Shown here: one piece after another, positions 19,297 through 27,549 of the stretch
How the letters are laid out: the number at the start of each line of letters is the position of its first letter
Numbering within the stretch: position 1 is the stretch's first letter
DNA from: a virus
Taxonomy: Duplodnaviria > Caudoviricetes
IMG/VR virus record: IMGVR_UViG_3300034120_001490
Span: 1 to 57,049 of that record
Reading direction: 5' to 3' (one strand)
Length of the DNA: 57,049 nucleotides
Position numbers and translations under genes: made by a program
The notes under the pieces: generated by a model
The model's database searches: none
The model's input: only the letters and a program-made list of their open reading frames with translations
What the model was told of the DNA's origin: nothing

Positions 19297-19634
19297 TTGC
19301 TCCTCTCAATGATCCGCTGGCCGAAGAAGACGATCTTCTCGCCGTCGTAGACCGCGCTGTCCTGACCCGGCTTGCCCCGGCCCTGCCGCAGCGCCGCGAC
19401 GCGCCACGCCGCCTTGAAGGCGTTGGCCACGTCATACTCCATGTTCAGCGCCTCGATGATGTCGTTGCACTCGGCCGTGTACGGCTCGCCGCCGGACGTG
19501 GGCCGATCGACGCGCACCTTGTAGTAGTCGGTGCTACCGCCGGTCAGCTTGGCCGGCTCATGCGAATGGACGCAGGCCATGACCCCCGAGATCTTATCGT
19601 GCACTGCGAGGCATACCGAACAGGTGTAGCTCAT
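19293..19634 (-). CDS. DUF3310-like protein with N-terminal CxxC...H/C motif
   Basis: ECNDIIEALNM....ANAFKA.WR...GK.......D..K..FF pattern. Confidence 0.6.
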   Translation of the reverse strand: MSYTCSVCLAVHDKISGVMACVHSHEPAKLTGGSTDYYKVRVDRPTSGGEPYTAECNDIIEALNMEYDVANAFKAAWRVAALRQGRGKPGQDSAVYDGEKIVFFGQRIIERSK

Positions 19635-20989
19635 TTCTTCCTCCGCTTCATTGCTTCCAGCAGGATCTCCTGCGTGCTCTTCTTCGACGTGAGACGATCC
19701 ATGACGAGGTCATCCACCGTGTCGCGGGCGAGGATCGGGTAGACGAACACCGGCCGATCGTAGCCGGCCTGCGCCTGCCGCATCGGCCCGATGCGCTCGA
19801 TGATCTGCATGTGCTCCTCGAGGTTCCAGTTGACCCCGTAGAAGGCGAGGATGTTGCCCCCGTCCGCGAGGTTCAGGCCGTGGCCCGCCGATGCAGGGTG
19901 AGCGAAAAGTAGTTCGATTTCCCCCCGGTTCCACTGTTTGATCGTATCAGGGTCAGCGTCCAGCACCCGGCCTTTAGGGTAGCGCTTGCGTAGCCGGGCC
20001 AAGTCGTGTTTGAAATTGTAGGCCACCAAGACGGGCGCGCCATTGGCCTCCTCAATGACGCTGTCCAGCGCCTCCAGCTTGGCATCGTGCACCGCCTCCC
20101 AGTTGCCGTACTCATCGGTGTACAGCGCCCCGTTGGCGAGCTGCAAGCACTTCTGCGTCCGCACCGCCGCGTTGGCTGCCTCGACGCCCTCGCTGTTGAG
20201 GATCGTGTACATCTCCTCCTCCATCTCGTCATACGCGCGGCGCGCCGCCGGCGGCAGGTCGATGTAGATCGGGCTGGTGATGGGCTCATCGACGGGCAGG
20301 CCGCGCACGGTCAGGCAGATGTCCTTGAGCCGCTCCTGCACCTCCTCCTGCGTGTGGTCGTAGGGCACGAGGCTGTAGCCGTCGTAGCCCTTGCGGAACC
20401 AGCGCTCGCTGAAGGCGCTGAACGTGCGGCCTAGCCGCTCTCCCTGATCAAGGAACCAGCTCTGCCCCCAAAGGTCTTTAACGCCATTGGGCGCAGGGGT
20501 GCCTGTCAGGCCGATGAAGCGCGTGACGTGCGTGTGGGCCACCTGACCCAGCGCACGCGCCCGTGAGCCGCCCTGACGCAGCCTGAAGCTCTTCAGCCGG
20601 GTGAACTCGTCGGCGACCACGGTGATGAACGGCCACGCGTCGCCGAGCGCCTCGCGCAGCCAGACGAGGTTGTCGTAGTTGGTCGTGTAGATGTCGGCCG
20701 GCGTGTCAAGCGCCGCCTGACGCTGCTTCGGCGTGCCGGTGATGACGCTGACGCGCAGGTGCGACAGGTGCGGCCACTTCTTGACCTCGTCCGGCCACGT
20801 GGAGCGCGCCACGCGCAGCGGTGCCAGCACCAGCACTGGGTACACGTCCTCGACCACGGAGAGCGCCTCCAGCGCCGTCAGGGTGGTGACGGTCTTGCCG
20901 CCGCCCATGGGCATCCACAGGGCGGCCCTGCGCTCCTTGTACAGGTGCGCGAGGGCCTCCCTCTGGTAGTCGTGCGGCTTGAAGGTCAC
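19631..20989 (-). CDS. SNF2-family (SF2) helicase
   Basis: MGGGKT Walker A, ADEF Walker B, LTGTP, GHGLNL and Q.IERIG motifs; likely start GTG 20989. Confidence 0.92.
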   Translation of the reverse strand: MTFKPHDYQREALAHLYKERRAALWMPMGGGKTVTTLTALEALSVVEDVYPVLVLAPLRVARSTWPDEVKKWPHLSHLRVSVITGTPKQRQAALDTPADIYTTNYDNLVWLREALGDAWPFITVVADEFTRLKSFRLRQGGSRARALGQVAHTHVTRFIGLTGTPAPNGVKDLWGQSWFLDQGERLGRTFSAFSERWFRKGYDGYSLVPYDHTQEEVQERLKDICLTVRGLPVDEPITSPIYIDLPPAARRAYDEMEEEMYTILNSEGVEAANAAVRTQKCLQLANGALYTDEYGNWEAVHDAKLEALDSVIEEANGAPVLVAYNFKHDLARLRKRYPKGRVLDADPDTIKQWNRGEIELLFAHPASAGHGLNLADGGNILAFYGVNWNLEEHMQIIERIGPMRQAQAGYDRPVFVYPILARDTVDDLVMDRLTSKKSTQEILLEAMKRRKK

Positions 20990-21195
20990 AGTGCTTCCCA
21001 AGGCTGCGGCCGGTGGAGCGGGCCACCTTCGCCTGCGAGCCACTCGGCGGTGTGTTCAGACGGAGCGCCCTTCCAGTACAGGCGGCCGCCGACATACCAG
21101 CGAAGCTGACGGCCACCGCGCGAGGTCTGGACGACGCGGGCGACGCGCTTGCCGGCGGGGGTCAGGTCGTAGTTGGTGTTGATGACGATCTGCAT
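20986..21195 (-). CDS. Small early protein
   Basis: ATG 21195 preceded by a GGAGA RBS and the conserved leader. Confidence 0.75.
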   Translation of the reverse strand: MQIVINTNYDLTPAGKRVARVVQTSRGGRQLRWYVGGRLYWKGAPSEHTAEWLAGEGGPLHRPQPWEAL

Positions 21196-21199
21196 GTCA

Positions 21200-21250
21200 G
21201 GGTCTCCGTTGCTGATGTACTCTATTCGCACGTGCAACGTATGATTGCAA
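21200..21250 (-). promoter_or_regulatory. Early promoter/operator and leader A
   Basis: Sense: TTGCAA-tcatacg-TTGCA ... ATCAGCAAC GGAGACCC tgac ATG. Confidence 0.75.
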
Positions 21251-21261
21251 CCCCCAAATGC

Positions 21262-21293
21262 AAAAAAGTTTGGGGCGACCCGAAGGCCGCCCC
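21262..21293 (-). terminator. Intrinsic terminator
   Basis: Minus strand GGGGCGGCC-TTCG-GGTCGCCCC followed by AAACTTTTTT. Confidence 0.75.
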
Positions 21294-21297
21294 GATG

Positions 21298-21660
21298 TCA
21301 GAAGAAGCGCAGAATGTGCAGCTCGCCCTCGTCCTCGAACCGCCGCACCATGGCGCTCCCAGTGCCCCATTGGGTTGAGCAAAATGCCGCGACGTTGCTC
21401 TGCAGAATGTTTACGTCGAAGTCGGCGTAGGGGATCTGCGCGGACTGGCCGGGCTCCAGCTCCCCGATGTAAGGCAGGAAGTGCGCGCGCGTCGCGCCGC
21501 GCGGGTAGGGGCCGGGGCCCCTGCGCCTGACCTTGGGCGGCGGTGCCAGTTCCAGAGTGCCGTACGTCTCGCCGTTGTACACGATGGCGTACTGAGCGCC
21601 GGCCGCGTCGAGCATACGCAGGGCGCGCTCGAAGGCCATGTCTTGGATAGTCTGTGTCAT
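21298..21660 (-). CDS. Hypothetical early protein
   Basis: AAGGAG RBS, own promoter and terminator. Confidence 0.8.
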   Translation of the reverse strand: MTQTIQDMAFERALRMLDAAGAQYAIVYNGETYGTLELAPPPKVRRRGPGPYPRGATRAHFLPYIGELEPGQSAQIPYADFDVNILQSNVAAFCSTQWGTGSAMVRRFEDEGELHILRFF

Positions 21661-21664
21661 GTCA

Positions 21665-21721
21665 GGATCTCCTTTTTGTTACTGACATTCGACACATAAG
21701 TTGCACAACTCTAAGTTGCAA
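21665..21721 (-). promoter_or_regulatory. Early promoter/operator and leader B
   Basis: Sense: TTGCAA-cttagag-TTG ... GTCAGTAAC aaaaa GGAGATCC tgac ATG. Confidence 0.7.
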
Positions 21722-22004
21722 TCCCCTCCCGAACTTTTTTTACGATCTCGTCGATGTTCTCAATTGACCGGGCGATGAACACCGGCACGCCGTCGCCGCG
21801 CATGCGCTCGATCTCGCGCTGCTGGTGGCCGCTGAGCCGGTCGTCGTCGGCCTTGATCTCGATGAAGGCGGCGCGCGGCCACTCCCACCAGATGAAGCAG
21901 TCAGGGCAGCCCCGGCGGCCTTCCCAGCGCGCCTTGCGGTACTGGCCGCCGCTCTTCTGCACGACGCGCTTCAGGTGCTCCTGCAGCTTGCCGGCGGGCG
22001 TCAC
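21711..22004 (-). CDS. VRR-NUC domain nuclease
   Basis: G.PD.....FIEIK.....LS..Q motif; lies between polymerase and helicase. Confidence 0.85.
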   Translation of the reverse strand: MTPAGKLQEHLKRVVQKSGGQYRKARWEGRRGCPDCFIWWEWPRAAFIEIKADDDRLSGHQQREIERMRGDGVPVFIARSIENIDEIVKKVREGIAT

Positions 22005-22198
22005 TCCGGCTGCCTTCCGGCCGACCAGTTCGGCGTCACGCGCGCGTCGCTGTTAGGGACGCACCAAATCTCGCCGGATGTGTTCAAAGTCACAACCCAC
22101 AGCAGGTTGTGCTCCTGCCCGTAGTCGATCACGGCCAGCGCCAGACCGCGACCCTTGGGCGTGTCCATTGGGATCGAGGGGTTGAGCTGCGTAAACAT
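22001..22198 (-). CDS. Small conserved-looking hypothetical protein
   Basis: ATG 22198 coupled to the polymerase stop: MFTQLNPSIPMDTPKG.G.A..VIDYG.EH.L.WV...GEIW. Confidence 0.7.
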   Translation of the reverse strand: MFTQLNPSIPMDTPKGRGLALAVIDYGQEHNLLWVVTLNTSGEIWCVPNSDARVTPNWSAGRQPE

Positions 22199-24162
22199 CA
22201 GTCCTTGCGGTAACGATACGCCTCGAAGCCGGCGGCGGCAAGCGGCAGGCCGGCCGACCAGCTCGGGTTGGTGGACATGATCGCCGCCAGCCCCTCGCTG
22301 GTGTAGGCCGGCTCGTCCGGCGTCTCGCAGACCAGCTCGTCGTGCACGCGGATGCAGACGCTGTAGCCGGCCTCCTCGGCGCGCAGCATGCCGGACATGA
22401 ACACGTCGCGGGCGATGGCCTGCACGGCGTTCTCGACCAGCTTGCCGCCGTACGTGTCGAGGCGCTCCCACTTGCGGGTGAATTGGTTCATGCCCTCGTA
22501 GGACAGGCTGCCGCTGGCCGACGCCTCCGGGCGCGGGTAGCACAGGTAGCGGCCGCTCGGCAGCTTCATCCGCAGCCACGCGATGCCCTGCCCGTCCGGC
22601 TTCACGTCGAACGTGATCAGGTCGCGCACGGCGAAGCTCTCGCCCATCTTGTTGATGGCTGACCGCGCGGCCGCCTCCATGTCGTACCACAGGTTGCGCG
22701 TGCACGGGTGGGCCTTGCGCCACGCCGAGACGATCTCTTGGATGGCCTCGTCCGTCATCGCGTCGAACACCTTGCCGCCCATCTTGCGGTACGCGCCGAC
22801 GCCGCCCTGATAGCCTCCCGCCAGCTCGGGCACCTTGCCCTGCAGTTGGCGCTCGGCCTTGGTGATGAGGCCCGGATCTTTGCCGAGGATGCGGCCGGCG
22901 GTCACCTTATACAGGTCGTGCCCGTCGCCCCGGTCGTAGGCCTTGAACGCCGTGACCTTCCAGTCCTCGCCGGCCAGCCACGCCAGCACGCGGCCCTCGA
23001 TGTTGGACAGGTCGGCGATGACCAGCTTGGTGCCCTCGGGGGCGACCAGCGCCCCGCGCACGGCGAAGGCGCAGCGCTCGCTGACGTTGTCCCAGATCAG
23101 GTGCTCGCAGTCCGCCTTCATGGCGGCCACGGTCGTCGCCTGCACGTCGTCATCGAACCAGTCGGGGCTGCGCGGCAGGTTCTGCGGCTGGAACAGGCGG
23201 CCGGCGTCACGCCCGGTGCGCGCCGCGCCGCAGAACTGGATCAGGCCGCGCAGGCGGCCGTCCTTGTTCGTGGCGTTGAGCAGCACACTGTACTTAGCCG
23301 GGCTCGTCGCGGCCGCCTGCTGGCGGATCTCCAGCAGCTCGCGCACCTGCGGGTCGAGGTCTCCGTCGAGCAGGTTGCCGAGCGTGGCGCGCGTCAGATC
23401 CTCGGTCTCGAAGCCGTGGGCGTCCTTGAGGTGGTCGAGCAGGCGCTGGCGCTGCGTGGCGGACGTGACGCTGCCGCCGGTCAGATCGGCTGCACGAGTG
23501 GCCAGAGATCGTCCAGCTCGATCGAAAGCTCGTAGAGCTGCTCGTGCAAACTCTCGGTCAACGGCGACACCACGGTCATTAATTCTTTGATCACACTGCC
23601 ACAGGAGCCGCTCACGATCACAATCGTTCCATGATGGCAGTCGTCCAAGTACGCTTCGCATTGCGTCCACATCCAGCCGGGCGTACTCGACGAAGGCGAC
23701 CCACTCGGCGGGATGTGTGTCACGGGTGGCTCTCCGTATCTTGACGTTGCTGGGCCTCGGCTTCGTCAGCAAGTGTATCAGCTTTTTGCCTGCCTTGTCT
23801 TTGGCTTTGTCCTGCGGCACGTGCAGCACGTCGCAGAGCTGGCCCAGAGAGCCGGGCAGGCTGTGCTGCAGGGCCAGCACCATCGTGTCGATGACCTTCT
23901 CCACGGGGATGTGGACGCCCTGCTCGCGCAGGACGGTGCGGTCGAAGTTGCTGTTGTGGATCACGACGCGATCAGACTTGTCGATGATGTTCTGCAGCGC
24001 GTGACGCCAATGCACGAGATCCTGCGTGTCCCAGACCGCAACAGGATCGCTGTCCATCGCCCACGCCACCAGCATCACCTCGGCGTCCTCCGCGTAGCGG
24101 TACGCGCCGTAGGTGATCTTGGTTTCGCAGAATGTTTCGAGATCGAGGTACAGTGTGCTCAT
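22198..24162 (-). CDS. polA: DNA polymerase, family A, with 3'-5' exonuclease domain
   Basis: LDLET ExoI, HNSNFD ExoII, RTGR.AG...QPQNL, ADLSNIEGR motif A, RQ..GK..ELA.GY motif B, VHDE motif C. Confidence 0.95.
   Translation of the reverse strand: MSTLYLDLETFCETKITYGAYRYAEDAEVMLVAWAMDSDPVAVWDTQDLVHWRHALQNIIDKSDRVVIHNSNFDRTVLREQGVHIPVEKVIDTMVLALQHSLPGSLGQLCDVLHVPQDKAKDKAGKKLIHLLTKPRPSNVKIRRATRDTHPAEWVAFVEYARLDVDAMRSVLGRLPSWNDCDRERLLWQCDQRINDRGVAVDREFARAALRAFDRAGRSLATRAADLTGGSVTSATQRQRLLDHLKDAHGFETEDLTRATLGNLLDGDLDPQVRELLEIRQQAAATSPAKYSVLLNATNKDGRLRGLIQFCGAARTGRDAGRLFQPQNLPRSPDWFDDDVQATTVAAMKADCEHLIWDNVSERCAFAVRGALVAPEGTKLVIADLSNIEGRVLAWLAGEDWKVTAFKAYDRGDGHDLYKVTAGRILGKDPGLITKAERQLQGKVPELAGGYQGGVGAYRKMGGKVFDAMTDEAIQEIVSAWRKAHPCTRNLWYDMEAAARSAINKMGESFAVRDLITFDVKPDGQGIAWLRMKLPSGRYLCYPRPEASASGSLSYEGMNQFTRKWERLDTYGGKLVENAVQAIARDVFMSGMLRAEEAGYSVCIRVHDELVCETPDEPAYTSEGLAAIMSTNPSWSAGLPLAAAGFEAYRYRKD
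23481..23723 (-). CDS. Candidate overprinted gene in the +1 frame of the polymerase (63-80 aa)
   Basis: Polymerase third positions turn A/T-rich from ATG 23672 to TGA 23481; GGAGA RBS lies 7 nt before GTG 23723. Confidence 0.55.
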   Translation of the reverse strand: MTHIPPSGSPSSSTPGWMWTQCEAYLDDCHHGTIVIVSGSCGSVIKELMTVVSPLTESLHEQLYELSIELDDLWPLVQPI

Positions 24163-24167
24163 GATGT

Positions 24168-24290
24168 CCTCTGTTCGGGAGAGCCGCGCGCTTCGTGTAT
24201 CAGCAACGCAGGAGACCCCGCACCCACGCGCGGCTCACCAGAACAGAGGCGCGCCTGCCCCGCCAAGGGGGAGAAACAGGGCAGGCGCGC
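24168..24290 (-). ncRNA. Double-hairpin RNA in the polymerase 5' UTR, with loops antisense to early-gene leaders
   Basis: Stem 24168-24190/24227-24249 and 12-bp stem 24249-24260/24279-24290; loop 1 RNA UGGGUGCGGGGUCUCCUGCGUUGCUGAUACA is complementary to ATCAGCAAC/GGAGACCC/CACCCA. Confidence 0.7.
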
Positions 24291-24303
24291 TGGTTCTATA
24301 GAC

Positions 24304-24558
24304 CTACAGGAGATCCATGCCAATAGCCTTTGCGTAGGTCTCGAGCAGGGCGAAGTGCTCGTTCCTATCGTCATTGGCCATCTTGCGGAGACGGACGACC
24401 TCGCGGAGGATCTTGGCATCATACCCACGGGCCTTGGCCTCGGTGTAGATGTCCTTGATGTCGTCCGCGATGCCCTTCTTCTCCGCCTCAAGCGTCTCAA
24501 TGCGCTCGATCAGGAGGCGCAGTTGTTCGCCTGCGCTGTTGTGTCCCTCCTCGCTCAC
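24304..24558 (-). CDS. gapR: GapR/DUF2312-family nucleoid-associated protein
   Basis: QLR..IERIE.LE.EK..IA.DIKDIY.EAK..GYD.K.LR.VV.LRK signature; GTG 24558 overlaps the SSB stop. Confidence 0.88.
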   Translation of the reverse strand: MSEEGHNSAGEQLRLLIERIETLEAEKKGIADDIKDIYTEAKARGYDAKILREVVRLRKMANDDRNEHFALLETYAKAIGMDLL

Positions 24559-25148
24559 AGGAAGTCGGCCGCGTCGGGAGCGACCTTGGTCAGCGACGCG
24601 AACTCGTCCGCAGACGCCGGAGCCGAGCCACCGCCGAGGTTCTCGCCCTCGCCGGTCAGCATGACGCCGCGCAGCGAGCAGTTGATGCGGCGGCCCCACT
24701 TGTTGTCCTGCGCCCACACCTCGACCGAGGCGTTGACGACGGCACCGCTGTGGGCCTGCCGCTCAATCGGGCCCTTACCCATCACCTCTTTGCCGTACTG
24801 ATCAAACACGGTCGGCTGGGTCTTGGCGTTGCGGGTGGACAGGTAGTGCTGCCCGTCAAAGCCCTGATAGGCCTCGCCGGTCTTCTTCGAGCGGTAGACC
24901 TTCTTGACGAAGGCGACCTTGCCGTCCTCTTCCAGCATCTTCAGGACGCTCTCGGCCTTGTCCTTCCACGCCTCGTCGGCCTCGGCGGCGATGGCAGCCT
25001 CAAGCGCCTTGTGCTGTTCGCTGCCCGGCTTGATGGCGAACTTTGCGCCGTAGGCCGGGTCGCCTTCGCCAAACGCCTGCGGTTCGGCAATCGCCGGGAA
25101 CGACAGAGTGACGCCCTTGAGCATGATACGTGTAGCCATTTTGTTCAC
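24555..25148 (-). CDS. Single-stranded DNA-binding protein (DUF2815-like)
   Basis: V.LSFP...EP...Y, SG..VN..V..W..DN..G...N..L.GV....GE..GG motifs; acidic C-terminal DFL. Confidence 0.85.
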   Translation of the reverse strand: MNKMATRIMLKGVTLSFPAIAEPQAFGEGDPAYGAKFAIKPGSEQHKALEAAIAAEADEAWKDKAESVLKMLEEDGKVAFVKKVYRSKKTGEAYQGFDGQHYLSTRNAKTQPTVFDQYGKEVMGKGPIERQAHSGAVVNASVEVWAQDNKWGRRINCSLRGVMLTGEGENLGGGSAPASADEFASLTKVAPDAADFL

Positions 25149-25150
25149 TT

Positions 25151-26323
25151 TCAGTTTGCAGTTAAATCGCGGAAGTCGTCCGCGACCGATTGAACGGCCA
25201 GTGCTGGCCGCTTATCCGTGGCGGGTGCCACAGATGGCTTGCCCTCGGCGCGGGAGATCAGGGCCTGTGCCCGCTCCCAGCGCTTGGGGGTGTCTTTGAG
25301 CAGCTTCTCCGCCTTGGTCGGCGAGATCAGGCTGTAGTCGTACATCTCATCCTGCCGCAGCCGGAAGCTCTTGAACAGGGCCTCGACCTCGGCGTCGCTG
25401 TTCCACTTGCGGTTGCCCCGCTTGCCCTCGACCAGTTTGAAGCCGTCAACCGACTGGCCGGCCAGCAGGCGGCGCGCGACCTCGGCGCGGACGGCCGAGC
25501 ACCAGTGCTCGACCAGCTCGACCTTGGACATGGCCATCGACAGGTAGTTGTCGCCCGTCGTCATGTCCGGCGTGACGAACTCATCAAGCGTGGCGGATCC
25601 GCTGACGATCTCGCTCACCTCGGCGGCAAGCGCCGGGCACGTGGACTTCGCCTTGCAGAAGCGGCACTGCTTCTCGCCCGGCACGAGCGGTGCGTCAGGC
25701 TGGCGCGCGGCTTCAGCCGCCTCGGCGGCTTGCTGTTTGAAGGCCCGCAGGTCAGCGACCGGCAGCCAGTGCTCGGAGACGTGGTTGAGCCGTGGCTGGT
25801 GGATGACCATGCAAGCATCGTCAAACTCGCCGAGCTGGTCGCACTGCTCCAGTGCGCCCAGAGCGTACATCTTCAACTGCTCGCTATCGGCATCGATCTT
25901 GACGCCCATGCCGTACTTGAGATCGATCACGGTCAGCACGCGGTTGGCCGTGTCCACGACGATGGCGTCGCTGGTGCCGGTGGCACCCTGCTCGCCCGTG
26001 AGGTGGCCGATCGGCACGCGCTGCTCGATAAGCAGCAGGCCGCGCTCGCCGTAGTCGCGCACGAGGCGGATGTAGTCGTCCACGTAGTCGGCCATGGTCT
26101 GGTCAACGGTGAAGATGTAGCCGTCCACGTCGTGCTGCTCGCCGACGCGCTGCGACGGGTGCTTGCCGGTGCCGTCGAGGTACTCACTGGCGAGCGTGTG
26201 CGCCAGCGTGCCCTCGGCGGCGTAGGAGCTGCTCTGGTCGGGGAATGCCGCCTCAAGGGCGACGCTGCCGGGGCAGCGCATCCAGCGATGCGCTCCCGAC
26301 GGGCTGAGTTTTGCGTGTGCCAT
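25151..26323 (-). CDS. Cas4-like PD-(D/E)xK exonuclease (DUF2800-like)
   Basis: HA.LSPS...RW..CPGS, EGT.AH, GTSD, IDLKYG.G, QL.MYALG, PG.KQC.FC.....CP. Confidence 0.88.
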   Translation of the reverse strand: MAHAKLSPSGAHRWMRCPGSVALEAAFPDQSSSYAAEGTLAHTLASEYLDGTGKHPSQRVGEQHDVDGYIFTVDQTMADYVDDYIRLVRDYGERGLLLIEQRVPIGHLTGEQGATGTSDAIVVDTANRVLTVIDLKYGMGVKIDADSEQLKMYALGALEQCDQLGEFDDACMVIHQPRLNHVSEHWLPVADLRAFKQQAAEAAEAARQPDAPLVPGEKQCRFCKAKSTCPALAAEVSEIVSGSATLDEFVTPDMTTGDNYLSMAMSKVELVEHWCSAVRAEVARRLLAGQSVDGFKLVEGKRGNRKWNSDAEVEALFKSFRLRQDEMYDYSLISPTKAEKLLKDTPKRWERAQALISRAEGKPSVAPATDKRPALAVQSVADDFRDLTAN

Positions 26324-26709
26324 CAGAAGGGGCTCTCCAGACGGTCGATCAGTTCGGCCCAGCGCGATGCGTCCAGTTGCGAGGCGCGTGCCACGCCGAA
26401 CTCGGTCATGACGCCCTCGACGAATGCTTTGCTCTTCGTGGCCACGGCGCGCAGCACCACGGGTGCCACGTCCTGCTCGAAGCTGAGCGCAGGTGCGTCG
26501 GCCACGGGTGCAGGAGCCTCGACCACAGGCGCAGGAGCCTCGACCACAGGCGCAGGTGCTGCGGGCGCAACCGGGTTGATCTCAACGGGCTCGGCCGGCG
26601 GCGCGTAGGCGCGTTCGACATCTGCAATGGGGTGCAGCTTGACGGCCAGCGACATGACCTTACCGGCCAGTTCAGCGAGCGTGTCGGCGGTGATCTCGAT
26701 CTTATACAT
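26323..26709 (-). CDS. Hypothetical protein with Pro/Ala linker (21-bp tandem repeat near 26510-26555)
   Basis: Coupled to the nuclease; APVVEAP repeated. Confidence 0.75.
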   Translation of the reverse strand: MYKIEITADTLAELAGKVMSLAVKLHPIADVERAYAPPAEPVEINPVAPAAPAPVVEAPAPVVEAPAPVADAPALSFEQDVAPVVLRAVATKSKAFVEGVMTEFGVARASQLDASRWAELIDRLESPF

Positions 26710-26983
26710 TCTTCAGCTCCTCAATGATGCGATCGCGTTCGGCGATCATCAGTTCCAGTTTCTCGATTTCGGCGCGCAGTTCGTAGACCTTGTCGTCGAG
26801 CTGGGTGCAGTCGATCTGCAAGTCCTCGGCGCGCTGCCTCCAGTCGGCCAGTGCCTCCTGCGCCTCGGTATCCATGTCTTCCAGACGCTCAGCCAGCACG
26901 ATGGCCAGCTCGTTGTCGCTCTCGAAGGCGGCCTCGATCAGGTCAAACATCTCGCAGGTGCGCCAGTAGTTCCGGTCGTTCAT
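26702..26983 (-). CDS. Coiled-coil hypothetical protein
   Basis: ATG 26983 with GAGGGGAG RBS; heptad-rich C-terminus. Confidence 0.75.
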   Translation of the reverse strand: MNDRNYWRTCEMFDLIEAAFESDNELAIVLAERLEDMDTEAQEALADWRQRAEDLQIDCTQLDDKVYELRAEIEKLELMIAERDRIIEELKNV

Positions 26984-26996
26984 CTTTCGTCTCCCC

Positions 26997-27164
26997 TCAA
27001 AAGTTCCATGGTTCAGCGTTGTACTGGGCGGCAACGAGGCGAGCCTCGCGCTTGCCCTCGACGGCGTGTTCACACAGGTGGGTGCGGCGGCCCGCATCGA
27101 TGATCTCAATTTGAACCACCGCGCGGCCCTTGCCGAGCTTGTAATAGTTTGCTGCCTTGATCAT
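26997..27164 (-). CDS. 55-aa hypothetical protein
   Basis: MIKAANYYKLGKGRAVVQIE...AEPWNF fills the gap in the operon. Confidence 0.65.
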   Translation of the reverse strand: MIKAANYYKLGKGRAVVQIEIIDAGRRTHLCEHAVEGKREARLVAAQYNAEPWNF

Positions 27165-27168
27165 CGGA

Positions 27169-27483
27169 TCAGGCCTTGCGCGCCACGACCTTGACGGTCG
27201 TGTAGCCCTTGCTGACCTTCTGGTTCTTGCTGAACCAACGGCCGTCCACGCCCAACTCACGCAGCTTGACTTCGGCGGCCTTGGCGTCGAGCGACTGGCG
27301 CTCGGCCACTTCCGACACCGTGGCGCGGAACAGGCTGCCGTCAATGGCGGTGTCGCCGGTGTTGACGATGAGCGCGATCAGGTTGGCCTCGACCGCCTTC
27401 AGTTCGGCGATCTGGGCCTTGATGCTGCCGAGGCGGTCGACGACCGAAGCGGCGAGGTCGATGGTGTTGGGCTGGGTAGCCAT
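27169..27483 (-). CDS. Early hypothetical protein
   Basis: ATG 27483 with AAGGAG RBS and the conserved leader. Confidence 0.8.
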   Translation of the reverse strand: MATQPNTIDLAASVVDRLGSIKAQIAELKAVEANLIALIVNTGDTAIDGSLFRATVSEVAERQSLDAKAAEVKLRELGVDGRWFSKNQKVSKGYTTVKVVARKA

Positions 27484-27485
27484 GT

Positions 27486-27545
27486 GGGTCTCTCCTTGGG
27501 GTTGCTGATACATACCCATATGAACTTATCAATCTCGCATTGCAA
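27486..27545 (-). promoter_or_regulatory. Early promoter/operator and leader C
   Basis: Sense: TTGCAA-tgcgaga-TTG ... TGTATCAGCAAC cccaa GGAGAGACCC ac ATG. Confidence 0.75.
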
Positions 27546-27549
27546 GCCC

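Noticed and set aside
19873-20043. Overprinted +1-frame ORF in the helicase
   Set aside because: It coincides partly with a recoded patch, but the SD spacing is only about 3 nt and the peptide is unconvincing; kept only as a codon anomaly.
25151-26323. Cas4-like gene as evidence of a CRISPR system
   Set aside because: It sits in the usual nuclease-SSB-polymerase phage module; no other cas genes and no repeat-spacer array were seen.
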